64,000 bases of DNA from Bifidobacterium breve. GTDB taxonomy: Bacteria > Actinomycetota > Actinomycetes > Nanopelagicales > Nanopelagicaceae. Of this stretch, positions 19,717 to 30,093 are shown in pieces. Positions within the stretch are counted from its first letter, which is position 1. Every line of letters starts with the position of its first letter. The translations under genes were made by a program, and so were the position numbers. Below the pieces are notes generated by a model that was not told the origin of the DNA, searched no databases, and was given only the letters and a program-made list of their open reading frames with translations. The stretch lies in assembly GCA_945890205.1 (NCBI GenBank), contig CAMDCL010000003.1:3523-67522 (forward strand). The letters run 5' to 3'.

Positions 19717-21912
19717 CTATAGCGGCGCTACGCCGGTGATACGTGGGATTCTGAAGGATTGAACCTCGCCGGTGGCGTGATCACGGGCGATTAGGGCCCC
19801 TGCGCTGATGCGGATTGGATCAATAATTCGATGTGTAACTCCACCATTGTTATCTGCATAGCCAATTGACAGGGTTTTCTCATCGACAATAAATTGATTT
19901 AAAACCTCCATCGTTTCATTTGCAGTTGTTCGTGGGAGCTGCCCCAGCGCCTCACTTGCAACTTGGCGAAGCTTTGATTGACGATGAGTAGATTTTTCAC
20001 CAGTACGCAAAACTCGAATCGCAGCGCTAATTACTTCTGGGGTCGGAGTTTCTACCTCGCCAATAATTCTCGGAGGACGTGGCTTAGCGTTAGATCTGTT
20101 TGTCTTAGGCCCGGTAAGAATCATTCCGTTAACAGATTCGCCTGCTGGTAGATATCCCGCTTCTCGCAAAACGCGCATCGCATCCGTTGCATCCATATCG
20201 CAAATTACAACTTCAGGGGCGATTCTGCGCAAGGAAAGTAGCTCAAGTTTTTTATCATTCATGATTTGCGAGATCAAAGCTGTATCTTCGCAACGAATAA
20301 ATGAAGAGGTATTTCCAACACGCAACTTGCCATGCTTTTTTGCAACATCTGCAATCAGATATTCGAGAGGTTGTGGCATTGGAGTCTTAGATGTCTTGAT
20401 GAGAAAACTCTTAATCTCATCCCCAGTCTTACCGTGATCTAAAGCCCGTCGAATCGTGGCTTCAGTGAATCGATAAACCGTTGCACCTCCACGACTTTCA
20501 ATCTCAGCCATCATCGCTAGGGCCTGAGATATCTCGTGCTCCAATGGTCCTGGAGCAATAGCCGTGTTATCACTCTGAATCAAAATGTGATCAACGGTCT
20601 TTGGTAGATCCTCATTAATTGAATTCAGGTCATCTCCATTGAGAAACTCGAGACCAAACTTTGAGATTGCACCTTGACCGGTTATGCCAAGCCATTCCGC
20701 CTCACGCAATGTCCATTCAGCTAACTCTTCCTGTAGAGATGAGTTTCGTCGCATCGGTGCACGCCACAACAAAACCTCTTTAAAGCTGCCCCATTCAGGT
20801 GCAACACCTGGATTTTCACGTAATAGTTCAAGGGTTAAAGCGCGCACACGGGCTGCATTTACCCGGTCAAGTTCGGGGCCAAGGGCTGCAACATTCTTTG
20901 CTTCTGCACGGCCAACTAATCCGCTTACTCGCGATGTTATTAGCCACTGAGATGCCAACATTTGCCATCTATCTGCTGGTGTATGCATTAACCAGATATC
21001 AAACTTATTGCTTGGCAAGATTCGCTCATCTGCATCAACGCTAACAAGTGAGGCAAGGTAGGCAAGTTCGACAATAAATGCGGTGCAGGATTCATCAACT
21101 CCTAGATGGTTTGAAATAATTTTAAGATCCCTAACACCTAGTCCACCGGCACGCAACGCATCTGCAGGTTCATCTGCCCAGAAATTAAGCAACTCTTCAA
21201 CCCAACGAAGAACAGTTGAAACATTTGCAATTGCAGCAAGGTTGATCTGTCTTTCATCACGTTTGCTACCCGACATCTTTGGCTCTGCGACATAACGTTG
21301 CTTATGGATTTTTCCACCGCGAAGATGAATCGCTACCTCACGTGCCAAAATTACAGTTCGTTGATCAAGAGGCACTAAGAACTTCTTATCTAGAAGCCAA
21401 GTAACTCCGGGTCCTGGATTCTTAATATCTCCAACGCTTCCACGAGGAGGTCCCCAGGTAAGGCGCTCCAGTACCTTCTTTGCATCTGCCGGTGCATCAT
21501 CTAGCTCACTTAATTTCAATTTTGCTATTGAGGCAGGGCCAAGCCCTGCTGGCTCTGCACCAATTACCTCGCGTAGTTGAGTTGGTAACCGCATTCCATC
21601 ATCTGATGGATAGATCAAACCAATCATTACCAAGTGTGCAATTGCACCTTTGGCCTCCTTTTCAGTGATGGTCACAACTTGTTTTTCAGTAAAGGGTTCA
21701 TTTAATGATGTTGCAGCCTCTAGTACTTGAAACTGCCACTGGTTAAGTGAATCAATTGCACGCGCAAGACTTGGCGCAGAACAGGCTCTGACAGCAAGAG
21801 ATGCGATATCTGACGGAACAGGAGTAATGAGATCGGGGCGAGCATTGAAAAGATTTAAAAAGGCAGAGTCATCAACACTACGTAGGTAGTCGGAGAATGA
21901 GCGCATTTCCAT
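19717..21912 (-). CDS. XPB-associated protein (Helicase_C_3 domain, WYL-like C-terminus)
   Basis: LFNARPDL, QSDNTAIAPGPL, ESRGGATVYRFT, PQPLEYLI; C-terminal SIGYAD...R.IDP...FRIPRI; Rv0862c-like. Confidence 0.85.
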   Translation of the reverse strand: MEMRSFSDYLRSVDDSAFLNLFNARPDLITPVPSDIASLAVRACSAPSLARAIDSLNQWQFQVLEAATSLNEPFTEKQVVTITEKEAKGAIAHLVMIGLIYPSDDGMRLPTQLREVIGAEPAGLGPASIAKLKLSELDDAPADAKKVLERLTWGPPRGSVGDIKNPGPGVTWLLDKKFLVPLDQRTVILAREVAIHLRGGKIHKQRYVAEPKMSGSKRDERQINLAAIANVSTVLRWVEELLNFWADEPADALRAGGLGVRDLKIISNHLGVDESCTAFIVELAYLASLVSVDADERILPSNKFDIWLMHTPADRWQMLASQWLITSRVSGLVGRAEAKNVAALGPELDRVNAARVRALTLELLRENPGVAPEWGSFKEVLLWRAPMRRNSSLQEELAEWTLREAEWLGITGQGAISKFGLEFLNGDDLNSINEDLPKTVDHILIQSDNTAIAPGPLEHEISQALAMMAEIESRGGATVYRFTEATIRRALDHGKTGDEIKSFLIKTSKTPMPQPLEYLIADVAKKHGKLRVGNTSSFIRCEDTALISQIMNDKKLELLSLRRIAPEVVICDMDATDAMRVLREAGYLPAGESVNGMILTGPKTNRSNAKPRPPRIIGEVETPTPEVISAAIRVLRTGEKSTHRQSKLRQVASEALGQLPRTTANETMEVLNQFIVDEKTLSIGYADNNGGVTHRIIDPIRISAGALIARDHATGEVQSFRIPRITGVAPL

Positions 21913-21952
21913 AACTTCCCTACATTACTGGCATATCGGAGCTTCTTGTTAA

Positions 21953-22720
21953 TTAGCCTCTTCGTTTACGGGGGGTCAGCCAGGTACCTAGCGCTGCAAG
22001 CCGAACAACTAAGGGGGAGATAGCTTTGCCAATAAAGCGGGCTCTGCGGAAGTCATGAATCGGCCAACCTTCAGCCATTGCACGCAAACCCAATAGCGCA
22101 TCTGGATTGATCGCAGATGGATGCCCAACGCACAGCAAAAGAGGGAGATCATTGTTGCTATCTGAAAAAGCAAAACACTCACTTAAGTTAAAGCCCTTTT
22201 CCTTAGCTAGCTCGGTAACAGCAACCGCTTTCTCTTTTCCATGCAACAAGGCTCCATTCATGCGCCCTGTGTATGTTCCATTCGCTATTTCAGCTTTACT
22301 TCCTAGCGCTCCTGTTAAACCCAATCTCTTTGCGATCAGCACAGCCATATCTTCCGGTGCAGCTGTTACTAAATAAACTTCAATTCCTTCAGCCTCTAAT
22401 GCCTGTGCAATATCAATTGTTCCCTGCCACATAGCTGGCGAAACATATTCATCATAAATCTCTTGTGCGATTGCTTCAATATCTTTGACGTTGTGACCGC
22501 CAATAAAATCTGTAGCCGCATCTTGGAACCTTTGAATCTCATCCTTATTCTCTTTACCGGTTAAGCGAAATCTCAGGTTAGCCAGCACAAAACGGGAGAT
22601 ATCCTTCTTAGTGAAGTAACCACGCTGATACATGCCTCGGCCCAAGAAGTAAATTGTTGAGCCGCGGATAAGCGTGTTATCGACATCAAAGAAGGCAGCC
22701 CGTTTGGTTGTGAGTGCCAT
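21953..22720 (-). CDS. HAD-IB family hydrolase (SerB1-like)
   Basis: AAFFDVDNT, LVTA, GKEK, FSDSNNDLPLL, INPD; TAGGGT-N6-ATG. Confidence 0.9.
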   Translation of the reverse strand: MALTTKRAAFFDVDNTLIRGSTIYFLGRGMYQRGYFTKKDISRFVLANLRFRLTGKENKDEIQRFQDAATDFIGGHNVKDIEAIAQEIYDEYVSPAMWQGTIDIAQALEAEGIEVYLVTAAPEDMAVLIAKRLGLTGALGSKAEIANGTYTGRMNGALLHGKEKAVAVTELAKEKGFNLSECFAFSDSNNDLPLLLCVGHPSAINPDALLGLRAMAEGWPIHDFRRARFIGKAISPLVVRLAALGTWLTPRKRRG

Positions 22721-22770
22721 GTCACTACCCTAGCGATAGACGGCCTATAGGAACGCTTTATGCTTTACCA

Positions 22771-23394
22771 ATGAGTTCAACGGTTCATGTAGTTCGCCAC
22801 GGAGAAGTCCACAATCCAGAGAAGATTTTGTATGGACGCCAGCCTGGTTGGCGGTTGTCTGAGCGTGGACAAGAGATGGCTGAAACAATTGGCCAATGGT
22901 CTAAAACCTTGGATCTTGGAGCACTACATGTATCACCCCTACAACGTGCACAAGAGACCGCAGCACCTATCGCAGCTGCCCACAATATTTCAATTACAAC
23001 TGATGAAGGATTAATTGAAGCGGCAAATATCTTTGAGGGAAAGCCATTTGGCGTTGGTGATGGAGTCTTGCGTCATCCATCAGCTTGGAAACATTTATGG
23101 AATCCGTGGAGACCTTCGTGGGGTGAACCATATGAGCAACAAATCACTCGCATGCTTGCAGCGATTTTTGCTGCCAATAAGGCGGCAAATGGAAAGGATG
23201 CAATATGCGTGTCTCATCAGTTACCAATTTGGATCTTAAGAAGTGCGATTGAAAATCGTAGGTTGTTGCATGATCCTCGTAAGCGTGAGTGCTCTTTGGC
23301 ATCAGTCACAAGCATTCACTTCGATGATGAAGGCATGATTTCAGGAGTTACATACTCCGAGCCTGCTCGCCATTTATTGCCAGAGAAAAAGTAA
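22771..23394 (+). CDS. Histidine phosphatase family protein
   Basis: VRHGEVHNP, SPLQRA.ETA, VSHQLPI; start set by TATGCT-N6-ATG. Confidence 0.9.
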   Translation: MSSTVHVVRHGEVHNPEKILYGRQPGWRLSERGQEMAETIGQWSKTLDLGALHVSPLQRAQETAAPIAAAHNISITTDEGLIEAANIFEGKPFGVGDGVLRHPSAWKHLWNPWRPSWGEPYEQQITRMLAAIFAANKAANGKDAICVSHQLPIWILRSAIENRRLLHDPRKRECSLASVTSIHFDDEGMISGVTYSEPARHLLPEKK

Positions 23395-23930
23395 TGAAGA
23401 AAACCACCATATTTGTTGTGCTTGCACTTGTCTTAACAGCATGTGGTGGTGGGGGTAGTTCTAGTTCAGAAGAAAGTTTTGTATCGGGTGATGGCTCTGC
23501 AACTTATATTAAGAGCTCTGATCGCAAGATTGCTCCTGCAATTACCGGAATAACTCTGTCAGGTGAGAACTACACATATTCGCGAGATAAGGTTGCAGTT
23601 GTAAATGTTTGGGCCTCATGGTGCTCGCCCTGTCGTGCCGAAGCACCCACCCTTGTTGCCTTGGCAAACAAGTACACAGATGTCGCCTTTATTGGAATTC
23701 TGACTCGAGATAATCCAGCTAACGCTGAAGCCTTTGAACGCAGATTTAAGATCCCTTACCCAACCCTGATAGATGACTCAATTCTTCTTGGTTTTAAAGG
23801 CTCGTTACCCGCTAATGCAATTCCGACAACGGTAGTTTTAGATAGAAAAGGCCGTGTAGCTGCACGAATTTCAGGTGTGGTTACTATCGCTTCGCTATCA
23901 GAGTTAATTGAAAAGGTATCAGCGGAATGA
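23394..23930 (+). CDS. TlpA/ResA-like thiol-disulfide oxidoreductase lipoprotein
   Basis: Lipobox LTAC; WASWCSPC; IPTT. Confidence 0.9.
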   Translation: MKKTTIFVVLALVLTACGGGGSSSSEESFVSGDGSATYIKSSDRKIAPAITGITLSGENYTYSRDKVAVVNVWASWCSPCRAEAPTLVALANKYTDVAFIGILTRDNPANAEAFERRFKIPYPTLIDDSILLGFKGSLPANAIPTTVVLDRKGRVAARISGVVTIASLSELIEKVSAE

Positions 23931-24652
23931 AAGAGTTCTTTGTAGATCAGCTATTTTCAGGGTTTCTTATCACCGCCTTTCCTTTTGCTGTTATTGCTGG
24001 TGTGGTCTCATTTCTTTCACCATGTGTACTACCGCTGGTTCCGGGGTATTTATCCTTTGCCGCAGGGTTTTCAGTAAGTCGTGGCAAGGTGTTACTGGGC
24101 TCTGTTCTATTTGTTTTAGGTTTTAGTTTGGTCTTTATCTCATATGGCGCAGTATTTGGTGGTTTAGGAAATCAACTCTCTGCCAATGAAGAGATCATCT
24201 CTCGGATATTAGGAGTTTTGACAATATTTCTTGGTTTTATTTTTTATGGACGCTTTCCCTTCTCTCCAACTATTCGCCCGAAGATGCGAACAACTGGGGG
24301 ATTACTAGGTGCGCCAATGCTTGGTGTGCTATTTGGAATTGGCTGGACACCATGCATTGGTCCCGCACTCGCTGCGGTTCAGACCTTGGCATTTCAAGAG
24401 TCCAGTGCTGTACGTGGAGCGGTGCTCTCATTTGGTTACTGCTTGGGATTAGGTCTGCCATTTATTTTGTCTGGCTTGTCATTAGATAAATCGGCAAAGC
24501 TTCGCTCAATCATTTACCGTCGCGGAGACATAATCTCCAAAATAGGTGGAATCTTTTTAATTACACTTGGTTTCTTACAAGTATCAGGTTTCTGGAGTCA
24601 GATTATGAACTCTATGCGCTCTATGATCTCTGACTTTATTCCGGTGATCTGA
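23927..24652 (+). CDS. ccdA: Cytochrome c biogenesis protein CcdA
   Basis: SFLSPCVLPLVPGY and GWTPCIGP motifs. Confidence 0.93.
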   Translation: MKEFFVDQLFSGFLITAFPFAVIAGVVSFLSPCVLPLVPGYLSFAAGFSVSRGKVLLGSVLFVLGFSLVFISYGAVFGGLGNQLSANEEIISRILGVLTIFLGFIFYGRFPFSPTIRPKMRTTGGLLGAPMLGVLFGIGWTPCIGPALAAVQTLAFQESSAVRGAVLSFGYCLGLGLPFILSGLSLDKSAKLRSIIYRRGDIISKIGGIFLITLGFLQVSGFWSQIMNSMRSMISDFIPVI

Positions 24653-26121
24653 TGAGCCAACAAACACAAATTCCTGAACTAGATAGCGTTGGTTTGTTCC
24701 GCTTTGCATGGAGACAGTTAACAAGCATGCGGACCGCCTTAATTCTTCTCTTATTAGTTGGAATTGCAGCTATTCCAGGGTCATTAATCCCTCAGCGAAC
24801 CCAAGATCCTCTACAAGTTGGCCAGTACTTTAAAGATTCACCACAACAAGCTCGATGGATGGATCACTTATATCTCTTTGATGTCTATGGGTCTCCATGG
24901 TTTAGTGCGATTTATATCTTGCTGTTTATCTCTTTGATTGGTTGTGTACTTCCCCGCACAGTTGAGCACTTCAAAGCGGCGCGAGCATTACCTCCATCTA
25001 CACCTAAGAATCTTTCACGCCTAGAGCACTACCAAAGCTGGAATGGGCAAGGAGATGAGATTGATCGTGCCCGGGCTTGGTTCAAAGCAAAGCGTTTTAG
25101 AGCTTTAGAGTCAGAGGGTTCAATCTCAGCTGAAAAGGGTTTCACCCGCGAAACTGGAAACCTATTTTTTCACCTAGCTTTAATATTAATTCTTTTAGGA
25201 ATTAGCTTCAGCTCACTCTTTGGAATGCGTGGTGAAGCGATTATTAATGTCGGTGAACGATTTGTTAATACACCAACAAGTTATGACACCTTGATGTATG
25301 GAAGACTTTATCGAGATTCAAACATTCCAGCATTTATGCTGACAGCAGATAAGTTTGATGCTCGATATAACCTAGAGACAAGTGCACCCGAGGATTACAC
25401 TCTCGAAGTCTCTTTGCTTCGTGATGGATCGACAACCATTGAAAAGAAGGTAATCAAGGTAAATAGTCCTATGACTATAGGAACAACCCGCGTTTACTTA
25501 CAAGCCAATGGTTATGCCCCTGTTGTAACTGTTAGAGACTCAAAAGGTGATGTTGCTTTTCAGGGCCCTGTTACCTTTCTACCACAGGATTCAAATCTTC
25601 GCTCAATAGGTGCAATTAAGGTTCCCGATGCCGATCCGCAGATTGGCTTCTTAGGATCATTTCTTCCAACTTATGTTCGCGACGGAGTCAACGGAGGAGC
25701 AAGCGCCTTTCCTAAAGCGCTCAATCCACGATTACTGCTATCTGTCTGGAGCGGTGATTTAGGACTTGACTCAGGAATCCCTCAATCTGTCTACCGAATG
25801 GATACATCAGAGATGGTCCAGATCGGATTAAAGGGGTTAAAGCCTGGTGAAAGCTACGAGTATGAAGGTGGATCAATAACCTTTGAAGGTTATGTGCAAT
25901 GGGTCAACCTTAACTTTGTTGCAGATCCTGGAAAGCATCTTGCATTGCTTGGAGGTATTGTTGCGATCCTTGGATTACTTGCATCACTGTTTACTCGTAG
26001 ACGGCGAATTTGGATTCGGGTGGGCAATGAGGTCGAAGTTGCTGCTCTAGCTAAGAATTCAGCACCTGGGTTAGAGATTGAAATGCAGGAGTTTGCAAAG
26101 ATGTTAAAGGGAGAGAAGTAA
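24652..26121 (+). CDS. resB: Cytochrome c biogenesis protein ResB/Ccs1
   Basis: LTSMRTAL, GSLIPQ, SPWF, ETGNLFFH, RRRRIW. Confidence 0.9.
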   Translation: MSQQTQIPELDSVGLFRFAWRQLTSMRTALILLLLVGIAAIPGSLIPQRTQDPLQVGQYFKDSPQQARWMDHLYLFDVYGSPWFSAIYILLFISLIGCVLPRTVEHFKAARALPPSTPKNLSRLEHYQSWNGQGDEIDRARAWFKAKRFRALESEGSISAEKGFTRETGNLFFHLALILILLGISFSSLFGMRGEAIINVGERFVNTPTSYDTLMYGRLYRDSNIPAFMLTADKFDARYNLETSAPEDYTLEVSLLRDGSTTIEKKVIKVNSPMTIGTTRVYLQANGYAPVVTVRDSKGDVAFQGPVTFLPQDSNLRSIGAIKVPDADPQIGFLGSFLPTYVRDGVNGGASAFPKALNPRLLLSVWSGDLGLDSGIPQSVYRMDTSEMVQIGLKGLKPGESYEYEGGSITFEGYVQWVNLNFVADPGKHLALLGGIVAILGLLASLFTRRRRIWIRVGNEVEVAALAKNSAPGLEIEMQEFAKMLKGEK

Positions 26122-27012
26122 ATGTCACGTTCATGGGCTTTTGCATCAAATTACTTGGTGTACTCAGCTATGGCTGTCTACGCCATCTCTTTTCTTGCTC
26201 ACTTAATCGAAACCGCTTGGGCTGTAAAGGTTCCAACAGCGACAAGCAAAACCTTGGACTACAAGCGCACTGAAAAGGTTGCTCGAATTGCAACAGCGAT
26301 GATGATTCTGGGGTTTGTGCTCTTGTTTGCAGGAGTTATGGCTCGCGGTATCTCTGCTGGGCGTGTGCCTTGGTCAAATATGTACGAGTTTTCAATTACC
26401 GGTGCTTTGACATTTACCGGTGCATATTTATTAGCACTTCGTAAGTATGATCTTCGCTGGCTCGGACTTTTGGTCTCAGTCTCTGTACTTCTGACACTAG
26501 GAACCGCAGTTACTGTTTTATATGTTCCAAGCGCACCTTTAGTTCCAGCGCTAAAATCTGAATGGCTGGTTATCCATGTTTCAACCGCGATTATTTCTGG
26601 TGGAGTGTTTTTACTTTCAAATGTAATCGCATCTGCATACTTGTACTTAGATCGCATGGAAGCAAAAGGTGAACGAACCGCTTGGGCAAAGCGTTTACCG
26701 GATTTAGAGACGCTGGACCAACTCTCATATCGACTTGTGGCATTTGTCTTTCCACTGTGGACCTTTTCAGTTATCGCAGGTGCTATTTGGGCAGAGAGTG
26801 CTTGGGGTCGTTATTGGGGTTGGGATCCAAAGGAGACATGGGCCTTCATTACCTGGGTTGCATACGCTGCATACCTCCACGCTCGCGTAACTATTGGTTG
26901 GCGCGGACGAAGAGCTGCATGGTTATGTTTATTTGCAGGCTCCACATTTTTATTTAACTATGTGTATGTAAATATCTGGGGAACTGGAAAGCACACCTAC
27001 TCGGGGCTCTAG
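26122..27012 (+). CDS. ccsA: Cytochrome c synthase, WWD-domain (CcsA/ResC)
   Basis: PWSNMYE, WLVIH, WAESAWGRYWGWDPKETW, HTY. Confidence 0.93.
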   Translation: MSRSWAFASNYLVYSAMAVYAISFLAHLIETAWAVKVPTATSKTLDYKRTEKVARIATAMMILGFVLLFAGVMARGISAGRVPWSNMYEFSITGALTFTGAYLLALRKYDLRWLGLLVSVSVLLTLGTAVTVLYVPSAPLVPALKSEWLVIHVSTAIISGGVFLLSNVIASAYLYLDRMEAKGERTAWAKRLPDLETLDQLSYRLVAFVFPLWTFSVIAGAIWAESAWGRYWGWDPKETWAFITWVAYAAYLHARVTIGWRGRRAAWLCLFAGSTFLFNYVYVNIWGTGKHTYSGL

Positions 27013-27272
27013 AGCTTCCTTAAGAAATCTGGATCATCATCGGGTGGAAGTATGCGTCGCTTACCCGCTCTACCTCTCTTTGGCTTGTTCCTACCAGCGA
27101 TTAAATATGAAATAGGACCAATTGCAAATAGCGCTGGCCCCAAGAGAATAATAATTAACAACCAACCCCACTTAGGCAGGTTTTTTACCTGTGACTCATC
27201 AGCACGGGCACAATCAATGAGTGCATAGAGAGTTAATCCAAAGATCAGGATGATGGGGATGACTCGTGTCAT
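27009..27272 (-). CDS. PLDc N-terminal domain small membrane protein
   Basis: YALIDC, LPKWGW, PDDDPDFL; TACAAT-N6-ATG. Confidence 0.8.
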   Translation of the reverse strand: MTRVIPIILIFGLTLYALIDCARADESQVKNLPKWGWLLIIILLGPALFAIGPISYLIAGRNKPKRGRAGKRRILPPDDDPDFLRKL

Positions 27273-27276
27273 GTGC

Positions 27277-28125
27277 TTATTGTATCCCTAGGCCAAGGGC
27301 AAGCAAGATGGCAAAGATCATCTGCAACTTTCCGGTTCTTCCCAGAACAGGGATGAGCTCTTTACCTGAAATACCACTTAGAACCTGCTTTGAGATTGAG
27401 ATGCTCATCGGTAGCACGAGCAAGGTAAGCAGGGTGGTCGGAATCAAAGTAGCGATCACTGCAGCGTGAGCGGCCATCAAGAGAGCCACATACATATTCC
27501 GTGCTTTACGGTCACCGATTCGAACCGCAACGGTTAACTTGCCCGCTAACTCATCCTTTGGTCGATCACGAAGATTATTTATTGTCAGGATGGCACAGGA
27601 GATTGCACCCATTGGAATTGAGATGATAAAACTGAGCAGAGTGATCTGTTCAGTCTGCACATAATAAGTTCCCATCGTTGCCACTACGCCGAAGAAGAGA
27701 AATACAGATGGTTCACCAAAACCTTTGTAGCCATAAGGATTTTTACCACCGGTATATCCCCATGCCGCAGCGATCGAAATTACTCCGACAAGAATGAGTA
27801 ATGGTGATGTTAAAAAAGCCAGCCATGTGCCAGCAACACTGGCGATTGCAAAGGAGATAAAGGCCGCCGCCTTGACTGATTTGGCGGTTGCAACCCCACT
27901 TGCTACTAATCGGATCGGACCTACCCGATCATCATCAGTGCCTTTAACCCCATCGCTATAGTCATTTGCAAAGTTGACACCTATTTGAAGCCAGATAGCA
28001 ACCTTGAGAGCCAAAGCTGCACGGAACCAATTGAAATCACTACCTACGAGAGCGGTAGCGACAACGACTGGTGCAATTGCAGCGGGAAGAGTGCGTGGCC
28101 TAGCTCCAAGTACCCATTTATTCAT
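27277..28125 (-). CDS. menA: 1,4-dihydroxy-2-naphthoate prenyltransferase
   Basis: GARPRTL, NFANDYSDG..GTD, NNLRD...D...K; start moved to 28125. Confidence 0.94.
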   Translation of the reverse strand: MNKWVLGARPRTLPAAIAPVVVATALVGSDFNWFRAALALKVAIWLQIGVNFANDYSDGVKGTDDDRVGPIRLVASGVATAKSVKAAAFISFAIASVAGTWLAFLTSPLLILVGVISIAAAWGYTGGKNPYGYKGFGEPSVFLFFGVVATMGTYYVQTEQITLLSFIISIPMGAISCAILTINNLRDRPKDELAGKLTVAVRIGDRKARNMYVALLMAAHAAVIATLIPTTLLTLLVLPMSISISKQVLSGISGKELIPVLGRTGKLQMIFAILLALGLGIQ

Positions 28126-29170
28126 GTGATATCTCTTGTGCCAATCTCTTTCGGTCAATTTTTCCAATACCTAGTAATGGTAGCGAGTTTATAGAGTGAA
28201 TACCTTTTGGTTTTGCAAAGGAGCCAATCTTGCTTTCTAGTAGCGATGAGATGCTCTGGCTATCAACTACTCCGACAACTGCAATGTGCAGAGTTTGCCC
28301 CCATTGTGGATCATCAACTGAAAAGGCTGCGGTTTGAATTGAGGAAAAGTGCTCACTTAAAAGAGCTTCAACATTACTGAGCGAGAGATTTTCACCACCA
28401 GTAATGATCACATCATCTGATCTACCGATTACATGTAATTTGTCATCGATAAACTCACCTAGATCATTACTTTCAAACCATCCATCTTTCAGATCAAGGT
28501 TGAGCGCAAGCACATTACCTCGAATGAAGATTGATCCTCCACGGAGTTCAACCTCTACGCCTTCAAGAACTTCTCCGTTATAAACACAGCCACCAGATGT
28601 TTCACTCATTCCATATGTTGTGACAACATTTACTCCGGCGGCAACGGCTTGATTTCGAACCGCTGCCGAAAGGGATGCACCACCAACTAAAACTTTTTTC
28701 GCACCCTGTAAATGTTTAAGTAAGTTATCGTCCCCATTGAGTGCGCGAAAGAGTTGCGTTGGAACAATTGCTGTGAAATCGACACGAGGATATTGACCAA
28801 CATGATTGCGCAGATCTACAGGGATAGTTCCTAATTCAAATGCTCTGACAAATACATTTACCGCTGCAACATGTGTTAACGGCAGAAGTAAAGACCAGGT
28901 ATCGCCAGGGCTTGCTCCAATAAATCTGTTTGATGCACGCGCAGATGAGAGCAGTGCATGCGCCGATAACGCGATCTCTTTCGGTGCTCCAGTTGTGCCA
29001 GATGTACCAATGATTACAGCGGCCTGAGCGGGCGCAAACTCTGAGGCGACCTCACCAAATCCGAGGGTGGGGCCATTGCCTGCGAGAGCTGTTGTGATAT
29101 CCCTCGCTAATTGAGGAAGTTCGCATCCAGGGCTAACCCGCAGAACTTTTCGTTGTGACGATTTATCCAT
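28118..29170 (-). CDS. menE: O-succinylbenzoate--CoA ligase
   Basis: TSGTTGAPK, TYGMSET, GRSDDVIITGGEN, GKIDR; men cluster context. Confidence 0.88.
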   Translation of the reverse strand: MDKSSQRKVLRVSPGCELPQLARDITTALAGNGPTLGFGEVASEFAPAQAAVIIGTSGTTGAPKEIALSAHALLSSARASNRFIGASPGDTWSLLLPLTHVAAVNVFVRAFELGTIPVDLRNHVGQYPRVDFTAIVPTQLFRALNGDDNLLKHLQGAKKVLVGGASLSAAVRNQAVAAGVNVVTTYGMSETSGGCVYNGEVLEGVEVELRGGSIFIRGNVLALNLDLKDGWFESNDLGEFIDDKLHVIGRSDDVIITGGENLSLSNVEALLSEHFSSIQTAAFSVDDPQWGQTLHIAVVGVVDSQSISSLLESKIGSFAKPKGIHSINSLPLLGIGKIDRKRLAQEISHE

Positions 29171-29211
29171 TGCCGTCGTAGGCTATCGCTAGCAACGACG
29201 ATGGAGGAAAT

Positions 29212-30090
29212 GTGAGCAAGCCGATCAAGCGCGAATTTGGTAGCCGTGAGATTCCGCAATGGGTTACCGCACCTGGTGGAGATGATTTCGTAGATATCAA
29301 GTATCAGATGGGAGATGGGATCGCCAAGATCACCATCAATCGACCACAACTGCGCAACGCTTTCCGTCCACAAACAATTATCGAGTTAATCGAAGCCTTC
29401 AATTTAGCCCGTGACAATGAAGAGGTCGGCGTCATTATCTTTACAGGTGAGGGCACCGAAGCATTTTGTTCCGGTGGTGACATTAGCGTTCGTGGCGATG
29501 ATGGGTACCTGGGCGAGGACAAGTTAGCGAAAAAGGGAATTGGTCGCCTCAATGTTTTAGATCTCCAAGTTCAGATTCGACGAACACCGAAGCCAATCGT
29601 TGCAATGGTTGCAGGATGGGCGATCGGTGGTGGACATGTTCTACACGTTGTTTGCGATTTAACAATTGCAGCTGACAATGCAAAGTTTGGTCAAACAGGT
29701 CCAATGGTTGGATCTTTTGATGGTGGATATGGCGCTGGATTATTAGCTGAACATGTCGGACAAAAGAAGGCGCGCGAAATTTGGTTTATGACACGCGAGT
29801 ACAACGCACAAGAGGCGTTGGATATGGGATTGGTAAACACTGTTGTGCCGCTTGCAGAGCTTGAAGCTGAAACAGTTTCATGGTGTCGTGAGATGCTTCG
29901 TAACTCTCCAATGGCGTTACGTCTATTAAAGGCAAGCTTAAATGCAGCAACCGATGGATTAGCTGGAGTTCAGCAACTTGCAGGTGATGCGACCCTTTTG
30001 TTTTACATGACTGAAGAAGGTCAAGAAGGTCGGGATGCCTACCAACAAAAGCGCAAACCTGATTTTGGAAAATTTCCTAAGCGCCCATAA
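29212..30090 (+). CDS. menB: 1,4-dihydroxy-2-naphthoyl-CoA synthase
   Basis: [24 protein letters not shown]; RBS GGAGG. Confidence 0.96.
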   Translation: MSKPIKREFGSREIPQWVTAPGGDDFVDIKYQMGDGIAKITINRPQLRNAFRPQTIIELIEAFNLARDNEEVGVIIFTGEGTEAFCSGGDISVRGDDGYLGEDKLAKKGIGRLNVLDLQVQIRRTPKPIVAMVAGWAIGGGHVLHVVCDLTIAADNAKFGQTGPMVGSFDGGYGAGLLAEHVGQKKAREIWFMTREYNAQEALDMGLVNTVVPLAELEAETVSWCREMLRNSPMALRLLKASLNAATDGLAGVQQLAGDATLLFYMTEEGQEGRDAYQQKRKPDFGKFPKRP

Positions 30091-30093
30091 TTT

